Assembly (NCBI GenBank): GCA_963674755.2
Contig: CAXXVS010000001.1
Location: 256,001-320,000 of the forward strand
Source: Desulfobacterales bacterium
Lineage (GTDB): Bacteria; Desulfobacterota; Desulfobacteria; Desulfobacterales; UBA5852
Length of the DNA stretch: 64,000 nt
Direction: 5' to 3'
Part shown: in pieces, positions 20,142 to 29,947 of the stretch
Layout of the letters: each line of letters starts with the position of its first letter
Numbering within the stretch: the first letter of the stretch is position 1
Program-made: the position numbers and the translations under genes
The notes under the pieces: generated by a model
Told to the model about the DNA's origin: nothing
The model's input: the letters and a program-made list of their open reading frames with translations, nothing else
Database searches by the model: none

Positions 20142-21458
20142 ATGGCGTTCGAATTCAAACTGCCGGATCTGGGAGAGGGGATTCACGAAGGCGAAATCGT
20201 GGAGGTCTTCGTCACGGTGGGCGACAAGATCGCGGAGGGCGATCCCCTGCTGGAGGTGGAGACGGACAAAGCGGTGACCGCCATTCCTTCGCCCTATACC
20301 GGTGCTGTCAGCGAGGTTCGCGTGGCGGCCGGTGATGCGGTTCACGTGGGGGACGTGCTGGTCGTTTTTGAGGGCGGCGCCGCACAACCCGCGGCAACGG
20401 ATAAGACGGCTGCCCAGTCGCAGTCATCGACGCCCCAGGCGGCTCCCGCGGAGGCCGCGCTGAAGCCCGCGGGCCGGCCGGCACAAGCCGAGCCGGCCGG
20501 GGACGGGCGCCGCCGGCCGGTACCGGCTTCGCCGGCCACTCGCCGGCTGGCCAGGGAACTGGGCGTGGATCTCCAGGCGGTGCGTCCCACCGGCCCCGAG
20601 GGGCTGGTAACGGCCGAAGATGTCCGCCGGCATGCTGAAAATGCTTTGCCGGCCGGGGAGGGCGGGACCGAAGCGGAAACCCAAATGCTTCCGGTGAATC
20701 TGCCGGCGACGACACCTGCTTTGCCGGATTTCGCCCAGTGGGGACCGGTGGAAACCGAGCCCCTGCGCTCGGTGCGCAAGGCCACCGCCCGGCAGATGGC
20801 CCTGTCCTGGTCCCAGATTCCCCATGTCTCCAACCAGGGTGAAGTGGATGTCACCGCCCTGGAAGCCCTGCGCCGGCGCCATGCCCCGCAGGTGGCGCAA
20901 GACGGCGGCCGGCTGACCCTGACGGTCCTGGCGGCCAAGGCGGCCGCGGCGGCCCTGAAGCGTTTTCCGCGTTTCAACGCCAGCCTGGACATGGCCCGCG
21001 AGCGCATTATTTACAAGCGCTATTGCCATGTGGGCATCGCGGTGGCCTCCCCCCGGGGATTGATCGTGCCGGTGCTGCGGGATGTGGATCGCAAGAGCAT
21101 CCGCGAACTGGCGTCGGACTTCCAGGGACTGGTGGCGCGGGCCCGGGCCGGGAAAACCCCGCTGGAAGAACTCCAGGGCGGCACCTTTACGATCACCAAC
21201 GCCGGTGCGGTGGGCGGCGGGTATTTTACCCCCATCATCAATTTTCCCCAGGTGGCCATCCTCGGTCTGGGACGGGCGGCCCTCAAACCGGTGGTGCGCA
21301 GCGACGCCGCCGGTGCGCCTGAAATCGTGCCCCGTCTGATGATGCCCCTGGTATTGAGCTTCGACCACCGCATCGCCGATGGTGCGGACGCCATTGGCTT
21401 CATACAGACCATGGCGGCCTGTTTGGAAGACCCCGAAGCGATGCTGTTGTCCGTATAG
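20142..21458 (+). CDS. pdhC: dihydrolipoamide acyltransferase E2 (one lipoyl domain)
   Basis: LPDLGEGIHEG, VETDKA, PASPATRRLARELG, SFDHRIADG. Confidence 0.88.
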   Translation: MAFEFKLPDLGEGIHEGEIVEVFVTVGDKIAEGDPLLEVETDKAVTAIPSPYTGAVSEVRVAAGDAVHVGDVLVVFEGGAAQPAATDKTAAQSQSSTPQAAPAEAALKPAGRPAQAEPAGDGRRRPVPASPATRRLARELGVDLQAVRPTGPEGLVTAEDVRRHAENALPAGEGGTEAETQMLPVNLPATTPALPDFAQWGPVETEPLRSVRKATARQMALSWSQIPHVSNQGEVDVTALEALRRRHAPQVAQDGGRLTLTVLAAKAAAAALKRFPRFNASLDMARERIIYKRYCHVGIAVASPRGLIVPVLRDVDRKSIRELASDFQGLVARARAGKTPLEELQGGTFTITNAGAVGGGYFTPIINFPQVAILGLGRAALKPVVRSDAAGAPEIVPRLMMPLVLSFDHRIADGADAIGFIQTMAACLEDPEAMLLSV

Positions 21459-21582
21459 AGGGGAGCAGACCGTCCGACCGATGGTTGGTTTTCAGCGCGA
21501 CAGGTGACGTTTGGGGCTTAACGGCGCAGATGTTTTCTTATGACGACACCTTAGCAAGAAGCATGAAGGGGAGATCGCAACC

Positions 21583-23004
21583 ATGGTGATGGGCGAATTT
21601 ACCCAGGACACCGATCTGCTGGTAATCGGGGGCGGCCCCGGAGGGTATGCGGCTGCTTTCCGGGCCGCCGATCTGGGCCTGGACGTCACGATGGTGGACA
21701 TCGCCGAACGGCCGGGCGGGGTCTGTCTCCATCGGGGCTGCATTCCTTCCAAGACCTATCTGCACCTGGCCGAGCTGATCAGCGACGCCCGCCGGGCCGA
21801 TGCCATGGGGGTCCATTTCGGGGCGCCGCGCATCGACCCGGCCGCCATCCGGGCCTGGAAAGAGAAGGTTGTCGATCAGCTGGCCGAAGGCCTGGTGACC
21901 CTTACCCAGAAACGCGGCATCCAATACCTGCAGGGCCGGGCGGTCTTCGAAGACGACCGTCATGTGCGCATCAAGGGCCGCGATGCCCTGCGCATCCATT
22001 TCAAGAACGCCATCATCGCGGCCGGCTCCCATGCCCTGGCCCTGCCCGGAACGGGCTTCGGTCAGGGCGGACGCATCATGAGTTCCACCGGCGCCCTGCA
22101 GCTGGCCGACATCCCGGAGCGGCTGCTGGTGGTGGGGGGTGGTTACGTGGGACTGGAGATTGGCATGGTCTTCGCCGCCCTGGGCAGCCGGATCATTCTG
22201 GTGGAAGCCGGGGACCGCCTGTTGCCGGGGGTGGATGCAGACCTGGTGGCGCCGCTCAAGAAACATTTGGCGTCGGTTTTCGAAACCCTGCACTTCGAGG
22301 CCCGGGTGACGTCCGTGGAGGCCGGTAAAGAAGGTGTGGCCGTCACGGTCGAGCAGGCCGGGAAGGCGGAGCGGTTTGCCGTCGATCGCGTCCTGGTGGC
22401 CATCGGCCGGGCGCCTAATACCGATGCCCTCGGTCTGGAGGCGGCCGGGGTCCGGCTGGACGAGCGGGGCTTTATCCGGGTGGATGCCCAGCAATGCACC
22501 TCGACGCCCCACATTTTCGCCATCGGCGATATCGTAGGCGGCGCCATGCTGGCCCATAAAGCCATGGCGGAGGGCAAGGTGGCGGCTGAAGCCGTGGCCG
22601 GTCTCCCGTCGGCCTTCGACGTGCGGGCCATTCCGGCCGTGGTCTACACCGATCCGCAGATCGCCTGGGCCGGCGTCCGCGAGGCGGAAGCACGCCGACA
22701 GGGCATCCCCATCGCGGTGGAAAAATTCCCCTGGAAATTTTCGGGCCGGGCCCTCACCATGGGGGCGCCGGCGGGCCTTACCAAGATGCTTGTGGAACCG
22801 GACAGCCGGCGGGTGATCGGGGTGGGCATCACCGGGCGCGGCGCCGAAGGGCTCATTGCCGAAGGGGTCCTGGCGATCGAGATGGGCGCCCTGGCGGAAG
22901 ACGTGGCCCTCAGCATGCACGCCCATCCCACCCTCTCCGAAACCGAAGGGGAAGCCGCCGAGATCTTCCTCGGAGCGGCAACCCATATCCTGCCCCGGAA
23001 GTGA
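21583..23004 (+). CDS. lpdA: dihydrolipoamide dehydrogenase E3 (PDH-associated)
   Basis: GGGPGGY, GGVCLHRGCIPSK, HAHPTLSE. Confidence 0.95.
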   Translation: MVMGEFTQDTDLLVIGGGPGGYAAAFRAADLGLDVTMVDIAERPGGVCLHRGCIPSKTYLHLAELISDARRADAMGVHFGAPRIDPAAIRAWKEKVVDQLAEGLVTLTQKRGIQYLQGRAVFEDDRHVRIKGRDALRIHFKNAIIAAGSHALALPGTGFGQGGRIMSSTGALQLADIPERLLVVGGGYVGLEIGMVFAALGSRIILVEAGDRLLPGVDADLVAPLKKHLASVFETLHFEARVTSVEAGKEGVAVTVEQAGKAERFAVDRVLVAIGRAPNTDALGLEAAGVRLDERGFIRVDAQQCTSTPHIFAIGDIVGGAMLAHKAMAEGKVAAEAVAGLPSAFDVRAIPAVVYTDPQIAWAGVREAEARRQGIPIAVEKFPWKFSGRALTMGAPAGLTKMLVEPDSRRVIGVGITGRGAEGLIAEGVLAIEMGALAEDVALSMHAHPTLSETEGEAAEIFLGAATHILPRK

Positions 23005-23199
23005 GAAATGCCGCGCCTGCGCGGAGAACGCCCTGGCAGAATAGCAGGCCTTGGAAACGCGGAACGCACTGACCCGCATCGCTATTCTAGCGGGCCGTGA
23101 ATTTTAAGCGTTCACTTGTTATAAGGCGTCGTCAGGCCTGAATGCAAAGCCCATCAGCCGGAGCATCATACGATTCACTAACTTTCCGATCATCGTACC

Positions 23200-23230
23200 T
23201 TGACAGGCTACCGTCCCTTCTATATAGAAT
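23200..23230 (+). promoter_or_regulatory. putative sigma70 promoter of the act-cco cluster
   Basis: TTGACA at 23200-23205 followed by TATATAGAAT at 23221-23230, in an AT-richer intergenic region. Confidence 0.5.
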
Positions 23231-23360
23231 TTTAGTCACGCTATTACGAATCATTCTCACCCACCACCCTGCTGCCGTATTCATGGCATACGCAGACGAA
23301 ACTAGGCTCGACCCACTCCATCAACCGTTTGCATCGACCTGCTGAGGGCTTGCATTGACT

Positions 23361-26288
23361 ATGGACCGTCGCACCTTCCTGAAAATCGCCGGCATGGGCA
23401 GCATGGCGCTGGCGGCCGGCTGTTCGCCCGATCCCGATCGCAAACTCTTCACCCTGGTTCGTGCCCCGGACGACATGGTGGTCGGAGAGCCTCAATGGTA
23501 CGCCACCACCTGCCGCGAGTGCCCGGCCGGTTGCGGCGTCATTGCCAAAAACCGGGAGGGGCGGGTGATCAAGCTGGAGGGTAATCCCACCCACCCTGTC
23601 AACCGGGGGGCGCTTTGCATGCGGGGCCAGGCCGCCCTGCAGGGCCTCTACGATCCGGACCGCCTTAAACAGCCCCTCGTGAGGAATAAGAACAACTGGA
23701 AGCCTGTCACCTACCAGGAAGCCCTGACCCTGATCCGCCGCAAGACGGCGGCTGCCGCCCGCAAAGGCCCGGACCGTATCCAGTTCTGGACCGAGGTGAT
23801 GGGCGGACCCCTTCACGATTTGGCGACGGAGACCATGGCCGGCTGGAACGCGGCGGGGCCGACGGTTTACGAAGCCTTGGGCTATGATGCCCTTAAGGCC
23901 GCCAATGCGGCGGTATTCGGAATCGACGGCTTGTTTGCCTACCGCATGGAAGATGCGGATGTCCTGGTGGGCTTCGGGGCGGATTTTCTGGAGACCTGGC
24001 TTTCGCCGGTTTCCTACGCCCGTCAATTCAAGACCATGCACCAGGTGCGCAAGGGACGCAAAGGGTGCTTCTTCCACGTGGGACCCTACCAGTCCCTGAC
24101 CGGCGCCAATGCCGATGTCTGGGTGCCCTGCCATCCCGAGACCGAGACCCTGATCGCCCTCTCCCTGATTCAAATCGGCCTGGATGTGGGCCGGGCCGGG
24201 CATTTACCCTTCCCCTTGAAGGAATCTCTGGAGCAAATCGTCAGCCGCTATCCCAAGGCCGCGGTGTTGGAGCAGACCGGCGTGCCGGAACCGGTTTTCG
24301 ATCAGATGGCCCGCCGTCTCTTCCAGGCCCAGCGTCCCCTGGTGCTCGGCACCGGCGCCGGTGGGCCGGGCGCCAACCGTTACGCCACCAATCTGGCGGT
24401 CAATTTTCTCAATTATCTTCTCAATCCCCAACTGCCGTTGTTGGCCTTCGAACAGCGCTACCGGGTGGAAACGGCGGCGCCGCGGACCTCCCTCCGCCAG
24501 CAGGTCGAGCGCTTGCGCGGCGGTCAAACCGACGTTTGCTTCATGCACAATGCCAATCCGGTTTACACCCTGCCGCCGGATAGCGGGATGGCGGCCGCCC
24601 TGCAGGATCCTGCCGTCTATGTGGTCAGCTTTTCCAATGTCATGGATGACACCACGGCCCTGGCGGATCTGGTGCTCCCGGTGCAGCTACCGTTGGAGAC
24701 CTGGGATGCCTACGAGGGCGTGACCGGGGCGGCGGGGTTGCAGCAGCCCGTTCTTGGGCGGCTGAACGAGGCGCCCGCTCTGGGGGATGTCCTCCTGGCC
24801 AGCGCGCTGTCGCCCCCGACCGACACGGACACCTACAAGGCCTATCTTCCGCTGGCGCTCAACAAGCGTTATGGCGGCATCGCGCAGGTTGCCGACTGGA
24901 TTGGGATGCTGCAATCCGGCGGATTGTTCCGCGATCCGTCCATCACCGAACCCGCTCCCGATCCGGCCCGCATGGATCCGGAGGCCCTTGGCCGGGCGTT
25001 CGCTGCGCTTGAACCGCGCCCGCGCGGACCGGTGCTGATTGTGGCGCCTTCCATCCGCTATTTCGATGGCCGCGGCGCCAATAAATCCTGGCTGAACGAG
25101 ATCCCCGATCCCCTGTCCATGGTGGCCTGGCAGACGCCGGTCCTGATGCACCCGGAGACGGCCGTGGATTTCAAGGTGAAAACCGGCGACCTGGTCAGCC
25201 TGCAGCAGGACCGGGAGACCCTCCAGGGACCGGCCTACGTCTGGGCGGGAATCGTGCCGGGCGCCATCGTCATGGCGGCCGGGCAGGGCCATACCGGCCT
25301 GGGCCGCTTTGCCCGCCAGAGAGGCAGCAATCCCTTTCGGCTGCTGGGCGATCGCACGGGGTTTATGGCCTACCCCATTGCCGTTCAGGCGATGGGCCGG
25401 ACGGTTCCCCTGGCCACGACTTCCGGCAGCCGTGTGCAGCACGACCGCAAGATCGCCCTGCACACCACCGTGCAGGAATTGCGGCATCCCGGGGAGCATG
25501 AAAAACCGGGTTTGACCATGTGGAATTTTCCGCTGACGTTGCCGATTCCGGAAGGCTACGATCCCAAGCGGGATTTTTACCCGCCCCACGATCACGCCGG
25601 CTATCGCTGGGCCATGGTGGTGGACCTGGACCGCTGTATCGGCTGCAGCGCTTGCGCCGCCGCCTGTTACGCCGAAAACAATCTCGGCGTTGTCGGTCAG
25701 GAACGCATCGTCGAGGGGCGCGAAATGGCCTGGCTGCAGGTCCAGCGCTACCTGGACAAAGAGACGGGCACCCGGGTGTCCTTCCTGCCCATGATGTGCC
25801 AGCATTGCGACAATGCCCCCTGCGAATCGGTCTGTCCGGTCTACGCGCCCCACCACAACAAGGAGGGGCTCAACAACCAGATCTACAACCGCTGTATCGG
25901 CACACGCTTCTGCTCCCAGAACTGCCCCTACAAAGTGCGGCGGTTCAACTGGTTCACCTGGTCGTGGCCCGATCCGCTGAATCTGCAATTGAACCCCGAC
26001 GTCACGGTACGGGCCAAGGGGGTGATGGAGAAATGCTCCTTCTGCGTCCAGCGCATCAAGGCCGCCCACAACGTGGCCAAGAATGAAAAGCGCGCCATTC
26101 GCGACGGTGAAGTCATCCCGGCCTGTGTCCAGACCTGTCCCACCGGGGCGCTGACCTTCGGCAGCCTGATGGATCCGGCCAGCAAAGTGAATGCGCTGGT
26201 CAAGGACCCGCGGGCCTATCAGGTCATGGGCTATCTCAATACCAAGCCGGCGGTGATCTACCTCAAAAAAGTGGTCGAGGAGGTGTGA
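23361..26288 (+). CDS. actB: alternative complex III subunit B (Tat-exported molybdopterin-oxidoreductase-like domain fused to Fe-S domain)
   Basis: Tat/lipoprotein signal MDRRTFLK...AAGC; N-terminal CRECPAGC...C. C-terminal CIGCSAC, CQHCDNAPC, CIGTRFC (3Fe-4S type) and EKCSFC motifs. Confidence 0.88.
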   Translation: MDRRTFLKIAGMGSMALAAGCSPDPDRKLFTLVRAPDDMVVGEPQWYATTCRECPAGCGVIAKNREGRVIKLEGNPTHPVNRGALCMRGQAALQGLYDPDRLKQPLVRNKNNWKPVTYQEALTLIRRKTAAAARKGPDRIQFWTEVMGGPLHDLATETMAGWNAAGPTVYEALGYDALKAANAAVFGIDGLFAYRMEDADVLVGFGADFLETWLSPVSYARQFKTMHQVRKGRKGCFFHVGPYQSLTGANADVWVPCHPETETLIALSLIQIGLDVGRAGHLPFPLKESLEQIVSRYPKAAVLEQTGVPEPVFDQMARRLFQAQRPLVLGTGAGGPGANRYATNLAVNFLNYLLNPQLPLLAFEQRYRVETAAPRTSLRQQVERLRGGQTDVCFMHNANPVYTLPPDSGMAAALQDPAVYVVSFSNVMDDTTALADLVLPVQLPLETWDAYEGVTGAAGLQQPVLGRLNEAPALGDVLLASALSPPTDTDTYKAYLPLALNKRYGGIAQVADWIGMLQSGGLFRDPSITEPAPDPARMDPEALGRAFAALEPRPRGPVLIVAPSIRYFDGRGANKSWLNEIPDPLSMVAWQTPVLMHPETAVDFKVKTGDLVSLQQDRETLQGPAYVWAGIVPGAIVMAAGQGHTGLGRFARQRGSNPFRLLGDRTGFMAYPIAVQAMGRTVPLATTSGSRVQHDRKIALHTTVQELRHPGEHEKPGLTMWNFPLTLPIPEGYDPKRDFYPPHDHAGYRWAMVVDLDRCIGCSACAAACYAENNLGVVGQERIVEGREMAWLQVQRYLDKETGTRVSFLPMMCQHCDNAPCESVCPVYAPHHNKEGLNNQIYNRCIGTRFCSQNCPYKVRRFNWFTWSWPDPLNLQLNPDVTVRAKGVMEKCSFCVQRIKAAHNVAKNEKRAIRDGEVIPACVQTCPTGALTFGSLMDPASKVNALVKDPRAYQVMGYLNTKPAVIYLKKVVEEV

Positions 26289-26293
26289 CGTCC

Positions 26294-27589
26294 ATGTCCG
26301 AACTGACCTTCGCCCAGGTTGACCAAACCATCCTCAACAGCCTGAAGCCGGCCGGCCGAAGCTATTGGGCCCTGATCGCCGTGCTGGCGGCCGGGGTCCT
26401 CATGGGGGCGGCCTGTTGGCTCTACCAGATTTTCGTGGGCATCGGCGTGGCCGGGATGAACAACCCCGTGGCCTGGGGCACCTATCTGATCAATTTTGTC
26501 TTCTGGGTCGGGATCGCCCATTCCGGCACCCTGATTTCCGCCATCCTGCACCTGTTCCGGGCCGGCTGGCGCAATCCCATCGCCCGGGCGGCCGAGACCA
26601 TGACCGTCTTCGCGGTCTGCACGGCGGGGCTTTTCCCGTTTATCCATCTGGGGCGGGCCTGGATGGTCTATTTCATGCTGCCCTTTCCCAACCAGCGCAA
26701 CCTCTGGCCCAATTTCCAGTCGCCCCTCATGTTCGACGTGGTGGCCATCAGCACCTACCTGACGGTGAGCTCGCTGTTCTGGTACACCGGCATGCTGCCG
26801 GATTTGGCCATCGTACGTGACAACGCCACCGGCTTTCGCAAGAAGATCTTTACGGTGCTCTCCATGGGCTGGACCGGGCGCTTCGAACAATGGCGCCACT
26901 ACACCCGGGGCTACCTCTTTTTCGCCGCCCTGGCCACCCCCCTGGTCATCTCCGTGCACAGCGTGGTGTCATGGGATTTTGCCCTGGGTGTGGTGCCCGG
27001 CTGGCACACCACCATCTTCGCCCCCTATTTCGTGGCCGGCGCGATCCACTCGGGGCTCGCCATGGTGCTGACCCTGATGATCCCCTTACGGAAAGTCTTC
27101 AATACCCAGCAGATCATTACCGTCAATGTTTTGGAGAGCGTCGCCAAGACCATCGTCTTTACGGGGCTGATCGTGGCCTTTGCCTACGGCACGGAGTTTT
27201 TCATCGCCTGGTACAGCCACAATCCCGTGGAGCAGTACATCTTTCACTACCGCCCCACCGGCCACTATGCCGTCGGCTTCTGGATCATGGCCATCTGCAA
27301 CACCATGGTCCCGCTGCTTTTTTTCTTCAAGAAAGTGCGCACCAATATCGTGTCCCTTTTCGTGATCTCGATTCTGGTGAATATCGGCATGTGGTACGAG
27401 CGCTTCGTCATCATCATCACGAGCGTGTCCCGGGATTTCATCCCCCATGCCTGGGGCTTTTATTCGCCGTCGCTGATCGAATACGGCATCATGATCGGCA
27501 GTTTCAGCCTGTTTTTCTTTTTCTTCTGCCTTTTCGTCAAACACATGCCATCCGTCTCCATGACGGAAGTCAAAGAAATGCTGGAATAG
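26294..27589 (+). CDS. actC: ACIII quinol-oxidising NrfD/PsrC-family subunit
   Basis: NFVFWVGIAHSGTLISAIL, R.AE.MT, HLGR.W, NFQSPL..D, SVHSVVSWDF, PGWHTTIF.PYF. Confidence 0.92.
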   Translation: MSELTFAQVDQTILNSLKPAGRSYWALIAVLAAGVLMGAACWLYQIFVGIGVAGMNNPVAWGTYLINFVFWVGIAHSGTLISAILHLFRAGWRNPIARAAETMTVFAVCTAGLFPFIHLGRAWMVYFMLPFPNQRNLWPNFQSPLMFDVVAISTYLTVSSLFWYTGMLPDLAIVRDNATGFRKKIFTVLSMGWTGRFEQWRHYTRGYLFFAALATPLVISVHSVVSWDFALGVVPGWHTTIFAPYFVAGAIHSGLAMVLTLMIPLRKVFNTQQIITVNVLESVAKTIVFTGLIVAFAYGTEFFIAWYSHNPVEQYIFHYRPTGHYAVGFWIMAICNTMVPLLFFFKKVRTNIVSLFVISILVNIGMWYERFVIIITSVSRDFIPHAWGFYSPSLIEYGIMIGSFSLFFFFFCLFVKHMPSVSMTEVKEMLE

Positions 27590-27598
27590 GGAGGGGTC

Positions 27599-28123
27599 AT
27601 GCCGGCCGAAAGACGTTTGATGGGGCTGTTCAAAGAACCGGATCAGGTGATCGAGACGTTGCGGGCCTTCAGCAGCTCGCCCTGGTCGGTGGTCCGGGTG
27701 CACGGCCCGATTCCCAATCATAAAATTAGCGATATCCTGAACCTGCCCAAAAGCAGGGTGGGGCTGTTCACCCTGACCGGCGGCATCATCGGGTTTTTTA
27801 CGGGCTTCCTGCTGGCGGCCTATACCTCGACCCAGTGGAATCTGATCGTCAGCGGCAAGCCCATTGTGGCCCTGGTACCGTTTTTTATCGTGGGTTTCGA
27901 GTTCACGATTCTGTTCTCGGTCTTCGGCAATGTGATCGGACTGATCAATGTCGGGGGATTGCCGGACTGGGCCGGGCTGGTGGAATACGACCCACGCTGC
28001 TCCGGCGCGTATTACGGGATTACGGCGGCCTGCGATCCGGCCCGGGAGGCCGAATTGCGACAGTTCTTCCAGGAGCGGGGGGCCCAGGTGGCCGATTTGG
28101 AGACATTGCCGCAACCCGCCTGA
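27599..28123 (+). CDS. actD: ACIII subunit D (DUF3341-like)
   Basis: H.PIP.H, two TM segments, VSGKP and FE.TILF. Lies directly after actC. Confidence 0.85.
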   Translation: MPAERRLMGLFKEPDQVIETLRAFSSSPWSVVRVHGPIPNHKISDILNLPKSRVGLFTLTGGIIGFFTGFLLAAYTSTQWNLIVSGKPIVALVPFFIVGFEFTILFSVFGNVIGLINVGGLPDWAGLVEYDPRCSGAYYGITAACDPAREAELRQFFQERGAQVADLETLPQPA

Positions 28124-28160
28124 AGGCGGGCGGCCGCACGACGCACGTCAACGGAAAGGC

Positions 28161-29363
28161 ATGCAACGGTCTATGAAGACATCGGCCATCAGGAAAGTGT
28201 TTCTGGTACTTGTGGCGGTGGGCCTCGTCACCTTTGTGGGGCAGTTGTTCACGCGACACCCCGAGCGCGCCTGGCAGGCCTATCTCATCAACTTCCTGGT
28301 GTGGTCGGCCATTGCCCAGGGGGGACTTTTGTACTCCACCATCATGCACACCACCCGCGCCAAATGGAGCGGCCCCCTGTCCAATCTGTCCGAAGCCTTT
28401 ACGGCCTTTTTCCCCTTTTCCGTCCTGCTGTTCCTGGGCCTCTTTCTGGGACGGGAATATGTTTTTCCCTGGCTCCACCAGGATTTGCACGGCAAGGAGG
28501 TTTGGCTCAATCTGCGTTTTCTTTTTTCCCGCGACCTGATCGGGCTTTTGGTGCTCTATGGACTGGGACTGGCATACACCTACCAGGCCCTGCGGCTGAA
28601 ACTGACGGTTGAGACCCCCGAAGGCGGTCGCCTGCGCGCTTTTATGGTGCGCCGCTGGCAGGGGCGGGAAGGCAATCGGCAGCGCTATGAGGGCCGCAAG
28701 AATGTTTTGAGCATTCTTTACATGCTGGCGTTTGCGCTGGTGCTCTCGCTGATCGGGTATGATCTGGTGATGGCGGCCGATCCCCACTGGTATTCGACCC
28801 TTTTCGGTGCCTATTCGTTTGCCAAAGCCATCTACATGGGGCTGGGCGCCCTCATCATTCTGGCGGCGGTCCTGCAGCTGCGCCCCGGCAACGGGTTTGC
28901 TATCCCGGCCAGCCATTTTCACGATATCGGCAAACTCTTTTTCGCTTTTTGCCTGGTATGGGCCGACTTTTTCTACGCCCAGCTGGTGGTGATCTGGTAC
29001 GGCAACATCTCCGAGGAAACGGCCTACGTCATCGAACGCGTCATGGCGGCCCCCTGGAAAGGGCTGGCCTGGGTGGTGTTCGCGGTCTGTTTTATCGTGC
29101 CGTTTCTGGTGCTGCTCAATAAAAAGGTCAAAACCCTGCCGCGGTTCATGATGATCTTCTGCGGCGTCATCATGGCCGGCATGTGGCTCGAACACCTCCT
29201 GCTGCTGGGACCGGCTTTGAGCCATGAGGCCACCACCATCCCCCTGGGGATCACCGACGTTCTCATTACGACAGGATTCTTCGGGCTTATGGCTTTTGCG
29301 GTTTCCGGTTACCTGAAACAATTCCCCGAGCTCGTGCGCCTGGATGCCAAGGAGGTGGGCTGA
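28161..29363 (+). CDS. actF: ACIII subunit F (ActC paralogue)
   Basis: About 10 TM segments; D.VM..DPHWYSTLFG, HDIGKL.F.F...W.....Q..VIWYGNI.EE. Confidence 0.87.
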   Translation: MQRSMKTSAIRKVFLVLVAVGLVTFVGQLFTRHPERAWQAYLINFLVWSAIAQGGLLYSTIMHTTRAKWSGPLSNLSEAFTAFFPFSVLLFLGLFLGREYVFPWLHQDLHGKEVWLNLRFLFSRDLIGLLVLYGLGLAYTYQALRLKLTVETPEGGRLRAFMVRRWQGREGNRQRYEGRKNVLSILYMLAFALVLSLIGYDLVMAADPHWYSTLFGAYSFAKAIYMGLGALIILAAVLQLRPGNGFAIPASHFHDIGKLFFAFCLVWADFFYAQLVVIWYGNISEETAYVIERVMAAPWKGLAWVVFAVCFIVPFLVLLNKKVKTLPRFMMIFCGVIMAGMWLEHLLLLGPALSHEATTIPLGITDVLITTGFFGLMAFAVSGYLKQFPELVRLDAKEVG

Positions 29364-29914
29364 TGGACCCTCTCGCCGCCCTGCAAAACACGCTGCAGCG
29401 CCTGCGCGCCAACCGGGTGCCGATCCTTTGCACCCTGATCGCCGCCGTACTGGTGGCGGGGTTCCTCGTGTTGTTTTACATACCGCCCCAGAGCATGATC
29501 GGTCCGGCCCAGCCGATTCCCTTCAGCCATCGGCTGCACGCCGGCCACAAGGCGATTCAATGCCAGTTTTGCCATCCCTATGTAGGCCGCTCCCTCAACC
29601 CCGGGCTGCCGCCGGTGGAAAAATGCCTTTACTGCCACAACTACATCATCACCAACCACTGGTGGATTCAAAAAGAGCACCACTATTTCAACACCGGAAC
29701 CCCCACCCCCTGGGTCAAGGCCAATTTTTTGCCCGAGCACGTGCTGTTCAATCATCAGCGGCACATCCGGTTCGGGATCGAATGCCAATCCTGCCACGAT
29801 CAGGTGCAAACCCAGGATCGCATCAAGGGCAAGCAATTCAAGATGGGCTTCTGCATCAATTGTCACCGGCAGAAAAAGGTCAACCTGGGCTGCTGGCTGG
29901 CCTGCCACAGCTGA
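29363..29914 (+). CDS. actA: membrane-anchored pentaheme cytochrome c, ACIII subunit A
   Basis: N-terminal TM, QPIPFSH..H, CQFCH, CLYCH, FNH..H, CQSCH, MGFCINCH and terminal CWLACH. Confidence 0.88.
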   Translation: MDPLAALQNTLQRLRANRVPILCTLIAAVLVAGFLVLFYIPPQSMIGPAQPIPFSHRLHAGHKAIQCQFCHPYVGRSLNPGLPPVEKCLYCHNYIITNHWWIQKEHHYFNTGTPTPWVKANFLPEHVLFNHQRHIRFGIECQSCHDQVQTQDRIKGKQFKMGFCINCHRQKKVNLGCWLACHS

Positions 29915-29947
29915 GCATCGGAATGGAAACGGGCGGTTTGAGTGGAC

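Noticed and set aside
23096..23250. Rex or FNR operator upstream of actB (GTGAA-N9-TTCAC; TTAGTCACGCTATTACGAA)
   Set aside because: Spacing and sequence do not match the Rex (N4) or FNR (TTGAT-N4-ATCAA) consensus.
23361..29914. QrcABCD or a catalytic Mo enzyme (Psr/Ttr/Dms)
   Set aside because: The fused B1-B2 subunit with a 3Fe-4S motif plus ActD- and ActF-like genes fits ACIII better.
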